Assembly (NCBI RefSeq): GCF_009914755.1
Contig: NC_060925.1
DNA: 64,000 nt
Reading direction: 5' to 3' (one strand)
From: the human T2T-CHM13v2.0 reference genome, Homo sapiens
The translations under genes were made by a program, and so were the position numbers. Below, piece after piece: positions 54,066 to 64,000 of the stretch; position 1 is the first letter of the stretch; each line of letters begins with the position of its first letter. Below the pieces are notes generated by a model. It ran no database searches, was not told where the DNA came from, and saw only the letters and a list, made by a program, of their open reading frames with translations.

Positions 54066-54913
54066 TACTAATTTTATCATTATATAACTTATCCCGTGCA
54101 CCCAGTTAGAAATCATGTCCCAGACCTGCCTGGCCTCATTCTTTTGGTCTAAGTAGGGTATGTCCAACCAGTTTCTGGAAATGAGGTATCTTTACAGTGT
54201 CCAGGTGAGGTCACCTGCCTTGAGGCAAGACTTACTGGTGACTTAGCCAAGGAAGAATTCCTTAGACTCTCTGAAATGAGAGGGTAGTTTAACAGATGGT
54301 GAATGTAAGCTCCGGGTCAAATTCTCCCTCCCAGCCAAGTGTCCATCCCTGAGACTGTGAGGGTCCTGTCTTGCACAGGCTCCTTCCAAGGCCCTGGGCA
54401 ATGCCTGCCAATTTTATATTCATAATTTTATATTATTTTTATTAAAGGGTCTTCTAAATCTTTAGGCTTCTCAAAACCTGGATCCACTCCTACATAGGAC
54501 TTGTCATAGGGAAAGAGCACTTTTTTTTTTTTGGCAGGACTTCAGTTGGCCATATTTCCTCATGTGGCTACTCTGAAGAGATCCCATTTCCAGGAACTGG
54601 GTGGACATACTGTACCTTGGGCCAAAGGAGTGGGGCCAGGCCTGTAAATAGACTCAACCCTTGTAGAAGCCATTTATAAGAAGTTGAGGTATTGTCAGTT
54701 TGGCCTAGGCTAGTGGTTCTCCACTTTGGGAAGGGGTGCTGGGGTAGAAAGATCAGATTTACCTCTTCAAACTATGCACGCTTGGCAGGGAGAGGCCTAT
54801 CAAATTTTCTGCCCAGATAATTTTAATACACTCCCCCAGACTGACTGGCCCTCACTGAGTTGGAGTATGGGGCCCTACCTCCCTGGAATACAGTATGTTT
54901 TCTTTTGAGAACC

Positions 54914-55308
54914 TGTGGTGGATTCTGCGGTGCTCCCTAAGCTCACCCAGCCCCACCCTAGGAGCTTCACCTAGTGACAGTGTACACAGAGTCCTCCCCC
55001 AGCATTACCCTCCAGGGAAGGAACTTCCTTACCCAAGATTAAGCTGCCTGGTACATGCAAGTTTCTAATGAATAAAGGCCCAGCCCCCAGCCTCAATTTG
55101 GGATATGTATCTCTGAAAGGCCATCCCAGTTTCAGAGCTCCCTGGGGGACTAAGGCTTTTGTTTCAACTGCATCCCAGTTGACTTCTCCCTCCACCCTGT
55201 CCTGCTTCTCTCACTTCCTTGCAGGTGTTCTGAATGCCCTCCCCCAAAAACCTTCTGAATGCAAATCTGTCTCAGAGTCTGTTTCCCAGGGAACCTGATC
55301 CACGACAA
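54914..55308 (+). mobile_element. LTR16A-like ERVL solo LTR
   Basis: tgtggtggattctgcgg...ggccatcccagtttcagagctccc...tctcagagtctgtttcccagggaacctgatccacgaca. Confidence 0.7.
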
Positions 55309-55606
55309 ACCCCCATCACACTGTCTTCCTCCTCCCCCATTCAGTATAACCTTCCCAATGCCCCTTATAAAGCACTCCAGAAGAGAAACATTTATAACTC
55401 TCAGAAATATGACAGATTCGTGGAAGACACATCACAGATACAAGAAGTCAACTATATCAATGTTTAGGTTAAAAAAATAAACTACTGAAATAAAAAGGAC
55501 TCGTTGGAGATGGTTTAAAAATGAAGCAAAAAGCTTATAGATTAAAGAAACACATGTGAGATTAGGTAACATAGATGAGTTTTAAAATAAAAGACTAGCA
55601 GCTACA

Positions 55607-55743
55607 GTTTTTTTTTTAACTTCTATTTTAAGTTCAGGGGTACAAGTGCATGTTTGTTACAGAGGTAAGCTTGTGTCATGGGGGTTTGTCGTGCAGATTA
55701 TTTCATCACCCAGGTATTAAGCCTAGTACTCATTAGTTGTTTT
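55607..55743 (-). mobile_element. Short older L1PA 3' end
   Basis: polyT followed by aacttctattttaagttcaggggtacaagtgc...tcatcacccaggtattaagcctagtac. Confidence 0.85.
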
Positions 55744-55904
55744 AAAAAGTAAAAAGAAATAAGAAATTGAGCTTTTAGATGAAAAGGTAAGACCTAGGAT
55801 ATGAAATGCTGAAAGCATACATACAGATAGGAGTTGAGAATTAGAAATAAAATTCAAGAACTAAAGGATAAAAAACGAATTTAGGAATGGCTTTAAAAAT
55901 AAAA

Positions 55905-56482
55905 GCATTTCCTCAAATGGTTAAACATAGAATTACCATATGATCCAGCAATTTCACTTCTATGCCTATACCCCAAAGAATTAAAAGCAGGAGCTCAAAC
56001 AGATACTTGTACACCCATGTTCACGGCAGCATTATTCACAATAGCTAAAAAGTGGAAGCAACCCAAATGTGGATGAGCAACATGTGGCATAACATACAAT
56101 AGAATATATTATTCAGCCTTAAAATGAAGAAAATTCTGACATATGCTATAACATGGATGACGCTTAGAGATATTATGCTAAGTGAAATAAGCCAATCATA
56201 AAAAGATAAGTGTTTTATGATTCCATTTATATGAAGTACCTAGAGTAATGAAATTTACAGAGACAGAAAATAGAATGGTGGTTACCAGGGGCTGGGGGAG
56301 TGGGCAATGGTGAGTTAGTGTTTCATGTGTACACAGTTTCAGTCTGGAACCATGAAAAAGTTCTGGAGATGGATAGTGGTGATGCTTGTAAAACATTGTA
56401 AATGTAGGTAATGCCATGGAATTGTACCCTCAAGAATTATTAAAATGGTAAATTTTGCTATGTACATTTTACCACAATAAAG
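55905..56482 (+). mobile_element. L1MB 3' fragment
   Basis: tttcctcaaatggttaaacatagaattaccatatgatccagcaatt...gttctggagatggatagtggtgatg...ttttaccacaataaa. Confidence 0.88.
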
Positions 56483-56523
56483 AATCACCCCCTCCCACCA
56501 AAAAAAACAAAAGTTCATAGATT

Positions 56524-56784
56524 AGAGGAAGAGAGAGAGAGAAGAGAGAGAGAGGAGAGAGAGAAGAGAGAGAGGTGAGAGAGAAGAGAGAGAGAGGAGA
56601 GAGAGAAGAGAGAGAGGTGAGAGAGAAGAGAGGAGAGAGAAGAGAGAGAGAGGAGAGAGAGAAGAGAGAGAGGTGAGAGAGAAGAGAGGAGAGAGGAGAG
56701 AGAGAGAGGAAAGGGAGAAAGAGAGGAGAGAGGAGAGATAGGAGAGAGAGGAGAGAGAGGAGAGATAGGAGAGAGAGGAGAGAG

Positions 56785-56820
<36 letters not shown>

Positions 56821-56830
56821 CAAAGAGAAA
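56524..56830 (+). repeat. ~300-bp polypurine (GA-rich) tract with higher-order units
   Basis: Almost pure G/A on the + strand; recurring gagagaagagagagagagg(a/t) units. Confidence 0.95.
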
Positions 56831-57729
56831 GCCTAGCTAAGCTTGCCAGCTTTGGTTCTGAGCAGAACTGTGTGTGGTGGAGATGCAGTGCTCCTTCATG
56901 GAGGAGACAGAGACCAATACACGATGCCCCTACTCTCACCCGCCTATCATGTTCATGTTTCCGTCGAAGGCAAATTTTTCAGCTGGGTCTTCTAGCTACA
57001 GGGACCCTGCCTCCTGTGTTGGCCAGCCCCTCTGGAAACTTTTCAGGCATCTGCCATAATCCATGTTGACAAGGGAGAGACTCCTCAGGACAGAAATGAA
57101 GAGAGAGTCAAAGCCAAGATGGGTGGTTGTGACTTACCGACTTATTTTAACCAGCAAATTTGGGGGCAGTGGCTATTTTGAGCTGTGTCTGAAGGAAGTC
57201 TTTCCTGCACATAGGAATGCAAGTGTTGGCAGCCATCACTGTGGCTTCCTAACAATTGTTCCCTCTTTCCTGACATTCTTCCCATCCTGTAGTTCCAGCA
57301 CTGAGAGTCCTTCCCACTGGGAGACTTGGGTTATGAAAATACTCCCAAAGAGGAAGCTGCTTTTCCAAGTATAGAGGAAGTGGAAAGGCAAGTGTGATCT
57401 GGATTCTACCTGGTTCTGTTCCCACATGAATGACTGCCAAGAGTTCCCACCCACTTGCAGCCAGTGCCAGAGTTTCTTTTCAGCCTCCAAAACTCTTGGT
57501 TTTCCAAGAAGTTATCCTAAATTAATTCTATTTATGATAGTCCATGATGACACATTAATCATTTGTTCACATCTTTATTCATTTGGCTAACTTTCATTCT
57601 ACAAACATCTATTCAACAAATATTTATTGAGTGCCTAATATGTGCCACTGCACTGGGAACTATGTCAGGAAGCTTAGAGATTGATTCTAGCATGAACACT
57701 TTATTTTATAGTTGAGCATAAAGACCTAG

Positions 57730-58222
<493 letters not shown>

Positions 58223-58744
58223 GGCTTAGAGAGTTAAGTAAATTGCCCTCGATCACATAGCCCTTCCAATCAAATTCTGTGAACAGCACAATTTTCTGTA
58301 TCTTATGTTTCTACTAATTATATAAAAATGAAACTCATTTCTGTGTTGGACATCTCCTCCAGAAACTTCTCAAGCACCTGCCATAATCCATGTCGAGATG
58401 AGAAAGTGGGCCTGGTTGTAAACACCAAAATATTTGAAAGAAAATAGAAGAAAAATGGAGACACATGTACAGATATTTAAAAATTATACAGGTAGCTAAC
58501 TCCAGCTAGAGTAAAATATCCACATGTCTGCCTGATTGTTTTTATTAACAAAACAAGACTTTTAAAATGTTGAAAGCATGGCTTCAATTCTTACCCTAGG
58601 CACCTGCCTCTAGTTTGATTGTGGAACCACCCCTTTGGCTTGAGGATTGAGGCAGACTGCTTCAGCAGTGGGTCTGCACAGGACTGTCTTGGATCTTGTT
58701 CTTTGCTCTGTATGTCCTGGGTGATTCCATGCCATTTCCAGGCA

Positions 58745-59170
58745 TTAAAACCCATCGATAGGCAGATGATTCCCAAATATACATCTCTCTCCAGGCCTGC
58801 TAGCTCCTTGATCTCTGGATGACTTGGACTCTACACTTGGATGCCTAACAGTTATTTCAAGTCCACAAGTCCGAACATAACTCTTGATCTCACCCTGCCC
58901 TCAAACCTGCCCCTCCACCGTCTTGCCTTTCCCAACAAATGGTAACCCCTACATCAAGACATTCAAGTGAAAACCTACAGGTCATGCCGGATTCCTTCCT
59001 TTCCTTCATGTCACATTTCGAATCCTATTACCTCTACCTCTCAAATACATCCCCAACAAGTCTCTCCTTCTTTCCAGCTTCACCCCAGTGGTTCCAGACC
59101 AAGCCATCATCGTCTCTGCCTGGACTCCTCCAAAAGCCTCCTATACTCCATCCCTATACTCCATCCTTCC
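58745..59170. mobile_element. L2 LINE fragment
   Basis: gcagatgattcccaaatatacatctc...cacttggatgcctaacag...ccaagccatcatcgtctctgcctggac. Confidence 0.75.
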
Positions 59171-59224
59171 ACTTTAGTAAGCTTCAAATCAATGGCCTAC
59201 CTGGCCTTTGCCTTCAAAGTTAAA

Positions 59225-59470
59225 ATGATAGGAAGTGAACAGCAATCACAAATAAGGATTAAGTTAGATTTAAAAGCAACTTCCTGTCAAATAGTGATGT
59301 GTGTGTGTGCGCACACGTGTGTGCACAGGGAGGTGGGTATTGACTGAGAAGAAGCATGAGGGAAACTTCTGGGCTGCTAGAAATGTTCTATATCTTGATC
59401 TAGGTGTTGGTTATGTGGGTGCATATATATATGCATATAAATTATACTTTAATTTTTAAAAGTTAAAAAA
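59225..59470 (+). mobile_element. L1ME/MC-type 3'UTR fragment
   Basis: gaagcatgagggaaacttctgggctgctagaaatgttctatatcttgatctaggtg. Confidence 0.65.
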
Positions 59471-60194
59471 ATAAAGAAAAGGAAAGGAAAGGACTTCTTG
59501 CCAAGATTTTAAAGACAGTTTGGCAGCACATAAAGGGATGTTGTGGAATCTACTTTCTTGGCTTCCTTTCAGAATAGGATGGGAGTCCTAGCTGCCTGGG
59601 GGTGTTCAGTGCCTAGAATTAAAGAGATATAATCAGAAATCACATTTGTTCTGCTTAATTCTACCCTTGGCCCTGTGTTAGATGCATCATGATGAATATT
59701 TAATGTGTCACTTAACATTTCATCACAGAAGAGTATTTAAGGACATTATGAATAATTAATATGCTGGGTGGAGGGATGTTTGAGAGTACCCAGCCTGGGT
59801 CACTTTTCACTGTGGAGCCAAATTACTGTGGGATTCTTTGGGGTCAAAAGCAGTCACCATTTGCCAGGCCTTTCCTGGATGTGTCCAAATACCACTGTGT
59901 CCTTCAGCTTCAGAAATAAGGCAGCCTAAAGCAAACCAGACTGTGATAAAAGGATGTGTTGTAAATTTACATTTATGGAGGAACACAGCAACACAGTCTG
60001 TGGCGCCTTAGAGAAGCCAAATTGACTCATGGCTTTCCTTTTCTCTCTACCCACTGACCAGCAATGGGAGACCCTGACCAACTGTCTGGCAAGCAGCTGA
60101 GTAGGCATGATGATCTGTGTTGTCATCTGCAAGCAGGCACTTGTGTTTGCCAGATTGGGTGAGTAGGAGTGCAGGGATCTTGGTGTGCCACACA

Positions 60195-60400
60195 ACAGCA
60201 CAGTAGTTAAAGCACGGGCTCTAGAGTTGCACCACCTGGGTTCACTGCCCGCTGCTGCCCCTTCCTGAGTGTATGACCTTGGGCGAGTTTCTGAACCTCT
60301 CTGTGCCTAAAGTTACTATAGGCAATAGCACCAGTGGCATGAGTTTTAATGATTTTAGATGTTAATGCATGTAATTAAAACAGTCCTTGGCACATGGTGT
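60195..60400 (+). mobile_element. MIR SINE
   Basis: cagtagttaaagcacgggctctagag...cctgggttca...tgaccttgggcgagtttctgaacctctctgtgcct. Confidence 0.75.
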
Positions 60401-61549
60401 GATTTTTCACAGATAAACTGCAAACAGACAAGTAATTTTTTTGTAAGAACAGTTCACACTTTCAGATCCACCTGACCCTAAGTGTGTGTTCTAAACCACT
60501 ATTCTTCACTTCTTCCCTGAAAGCACTGAACTCTGATAGAGGTGCGCTGGGCACGATGGTGTAGGGGAAAGAAAGGAGTCCTTCTGGCACTGAGTTATAC
60601 CTGCATACTGTGAGCCAGAGTTGAGGGGATGGGAATGGCATCCCATGACCTGAATTCATGTTCTGGCCCTGTCACCACCCAGCTGCGTAATCTTGAGCAG
60701 TTACTCACCTCCTGGCCTCAGACTCCTCAATTGTGCAGTGGGGAGTTGGATAGGATCCTCTAAGATCCCTCTGACCCTGGCATTCTGCCATTCCAATGTC
60801 CACATTCAGCCCTACTCATAGCAGTTGCTCTGGTTTGGGTACGTGGCTCTGATGGGGAACAGAGGCTAAAAGGGCTGCTACTGGGTGAGTATGTCTGAAG
60901 GCACCTCAAATGACAAATGTATCTGAGCATATCTTTCTCCTGTCCTCGCCAACACTGATTTTTCCAAGTCTGGGATTGATGCATTGCTGAGATGGAGAGG
61001 GGAAGAGTACACAGTGTTCTTCCCCGAGTCCACAGAGGGCAGGCCCTTGCAGAGCTGTCTGCTTTGTGACTCCTCCTGGGGCTTCAGTAGGCACAATGTG
61101 CATACTGTCATCTGAAGAGGTAGGCAGGAGGTGGGGGGAAAAGTGAGGAAGCAATATTCTCCCTGGCTTGAAGGCCAGGAACCGAAGCTGCCTGATTTCT
61201 AGTCACAGTTTTGCTACTTCTTGTCTCTGAAACCCTGAGTCAGTCCCTCCTGGGGCCTCAATTTCCTAATCTATCAATAAAGATAATCTTATCTGAGGCT
61301 AGTCTGGCGTGTTAAAGGGCACAGGAAATCTCCCTGCACACTATCTAGTCCTATAACATGGATGTGGTTTTCCTCTTCTTGGGAAATTTCTGGTGCTCAC
61401 AGAACTGATTTACAAATACCTCCAGCTTTTGGGATGGAGACTAAAAACCTTGCTTCTCAGGAGCACAGTCTTGCCACAGAAGCTGGAGTATCTAAGAGCA
61501 CAGCCATGACTTTCTACTTGACATCAAGAGCAGGATTTGGGTGAGGAGC

Positions 61550-62070
61550 ATGTAATTCGATACTAAAACATGAACCCAGCAGGAAAGACAGTGTGATGGA
61601 GACCAGAGCCCTGTGCTTGGCATTGGAGGTGCACAAATGAATAAAGGCCAATGGTCCAAAGAGAGAGAGAACTTGGTTAGACAATCACAGTCTATGATGG
61701 AGAAGTACAGGTGCTTTGGGTGCACTGAGAAGAAATATCCAAACTGGGAAGTAAGGTTGAGAGAGGGAAGGGAAGCCTCCTCGAGAAGGTGATGTCAGAG
61801 CTGAGTCCTGAAAGATGAGTAGGAGTTAGTTGGAAAATACAGGTTTTAAGAAAAGGAATTCAAAGCAGAGGGTACTGTATGTACTGAGGGCAAGAAAGAC
61901 TGGCTATGCTAGGGAAAACAAGAAGTTCAGAATGGCTGGAGTATAGAATCATGCTTCTGGGGATGTGGAAGGAAGGAAAAAGGAGAAGGGAGAGAGTAGC
62001 AAGAGAAGAAGCAAGGGAGAAGTGCTCCCTGATCTCAAGGGAGAAGAACAGAACTTTATTCCGGTTCCCA
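61550..62070. mobile_element. L2 LINE fragment
   Basis: gggaagcctcctcgagaaggtgatgtcagagctgagtcctgaaagatgagtaggagttag...ttcagaatggctggagtatag. Confidence 0.65.
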
Positions 62071-62090
62071 ATTTAAAAATGCTTTAAACA

Positions 62091-62579
<489 letters not shown>

Positions 62580-63279
62580 CTAAACGCAGAGCAGTCTACA
62601 ACATTCCAGATGTGCTACATTTCTGTGCCAGCAGAAACTAATTAAACTCTGTGAATGGGAAGTGTGTGTGTGTCTGAGAGCGGAGAGCAGAATCAGACTA
62701 ATCTGACATTTCACACTCTTTCCATGACCTTGGCAGATAGCTTCCATTCAGCCAATCTCTGTTCCCCACTCTTCATTCATATACCTTCCTAAGGCTTGAG
62801 CAGCTAGCATTTAGAAATGGTACAAATTCCAGGTTTTGTTTAAAAACAAACAAACAAACAAAAAAACCCTTCCCATTAGGGGCTGCCGTTTGACAGGAGC
62901 CATTACTTTCAAATCTGAGAAACCAAAGCCCAGACAGGCTTTGTAAGGTCCCCAGAATAGCGCTGCCAGGCAAGGGCAGCTCTGGAGCTAGAACCTAGGC
63001 TCCTGTGTCCTAGCCCGACACTCTTCACCCTGCACCTGCCAGGGGTAATGGTGTTGTCTTACAAGGTCTGTAGTAACAGTGATGAGGCCAGAAAGTGATG
63101 TCAGCTGTGCGGGGACCACTCTGGGCCTTCTCTGCACCGCCATAGATAACCCCACCTAGGAAACCCCTTCAGAGGCCCTGGAATACAAAGACTCCTTGAC
63201 CTTCCATCCCAAACTCCACTCTGATCTTTGTTCCCATGATCAACATGACTTAAAAGCTACACTACATGAGGAGGACTGG

Positions 63280-63875
63280 GCACGTGGGGATGCGATTTTA
63301 GGAATTATGCCACTTTATGCCAGCGAATGAAGGACTGTCCCAAATTCTACAACGAAATCCTCCGTGAAGCGGGCCCTCAGCTTGAGCGCAGGCTTTGAGG
63401 AGGTCTAAAACGTGAAGCTCTAGCGCTGCAGAGAGGAGCAGCCCCTCACCTTGGGTCGCTTTCCTTCCCCGTCCTTTGTATCAAATGCTCACGCCCAATT
63501 CGCAGGGGCGACGGGAGTGAATCCAGCCTGGGTCCTGCCCGGCCGATGGCGCTGTTCCTCCGCCCCCTTCCCTCAGCCCATTTTCTCCTCATCAGGCAAC
63601 AGAAATGTCTGAACACCTGCGGGGGCACAGACTGGGGTGAGAGGCCTAAGCAGGCAGAATGTCTGTAATTATAAAGTGCTGTCCAAGATCCTAGGCCAAA
63701 CCTCGGGGAAACGGAATAGGAAGAACTGCGTCCAGGCCTTGGGGAGGATTCTCCACGCACACGGTGAGGTGTTTGGCGGCTCAAGGGTCTCTGTGGTGAA
63801 GCGCTGCCCTCTGGTGGTAAGAGGTAGAAATGACCACGTCTTCTTGGCCTGGTTCCAAGAGCATCAGAGACGTAA
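63280..63875. promoter_or_regulatory. CpG-enriched regulatory segment (promoter- or insulator-like)
   Basis: About 29 CpGs in ~600 bp of non-repeat DNA versus CpG-depleted surroundings; GC box ctccgccccc (63558-63567), CCAAT near 63495, CTCF-like motifs. Confidence 0.6.
63801..63819 (-). promoter_or_regulatory. CTCF-binding motif
   Basis: Reverse complement reads taCCACCAGAGGGCAGCgc, a close match to the CTCF core CCASYAGRKGGCRS. Confidence 0.65.
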
Positions 63876-64000
63876 GCATCAGAGACATAAGCCCCAAATC
63901 TGAGCTGGGCTCTTGAAATCCTCTAGGAAAGGGTCTTGTTCCCACTGACTTTCTGCAAAGAGGAAAAAGAGAAGTGTGCAGGGAGGTGGTGGGGAGAAAA

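Noticed and set aside
56469-56939. Leu/Ser-rich 156-aa ORF resembling a membrane protein
   Set aside because: It is a translation of the (CT/GA)n tract

Overview
This is primate (most likely human or ape) non-coding DNA, either intergenic or deep-intronic. No supportable protein-coding gene, tRNA, rRNA or CRISPR array is present, and the ORF track is almost entirely Alu-, L1-, LTR- or microsatellite-derived or random. Much of the window is interspersed repeat: ten Alus, L1PA/L1MA/L1MB/L1M fragments, a HAL1-like element, many L2 and MIR relics, solo LTRs (LTR8 x2, LTR27-like, MER57, LTR16, MLT1) and DNA-transposon MITEs (MER2, MER3, MER5, MER45, MER58). A hY3 RNA retropseudogene lies at 47162-47257 (-), and a CpG-enriched, CTCF-motif-bearing segment sits near the right end. 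The most notable structures are: a composite locally templated insertion at 8483-8766 (direct plus inverted copies joined by a copy of the downstream flank); a tailless, TSD-less, CpG-rich AluSc-like insertion in a MER5A at 36206-36522; a fossil LINE APE-endonuclease domain at ~52900-53281; a four-element LTR/Alu nest at 11286-13560; and a diverged 56-bp duplicated unique segment with splice-like borders at 57014 and 58341. I see no convincing evidence of a new multi-gene system. Repeat family names come from recall of consensus sequences, not from a RepeatMasker run, and boundaries of old elements are approximate.
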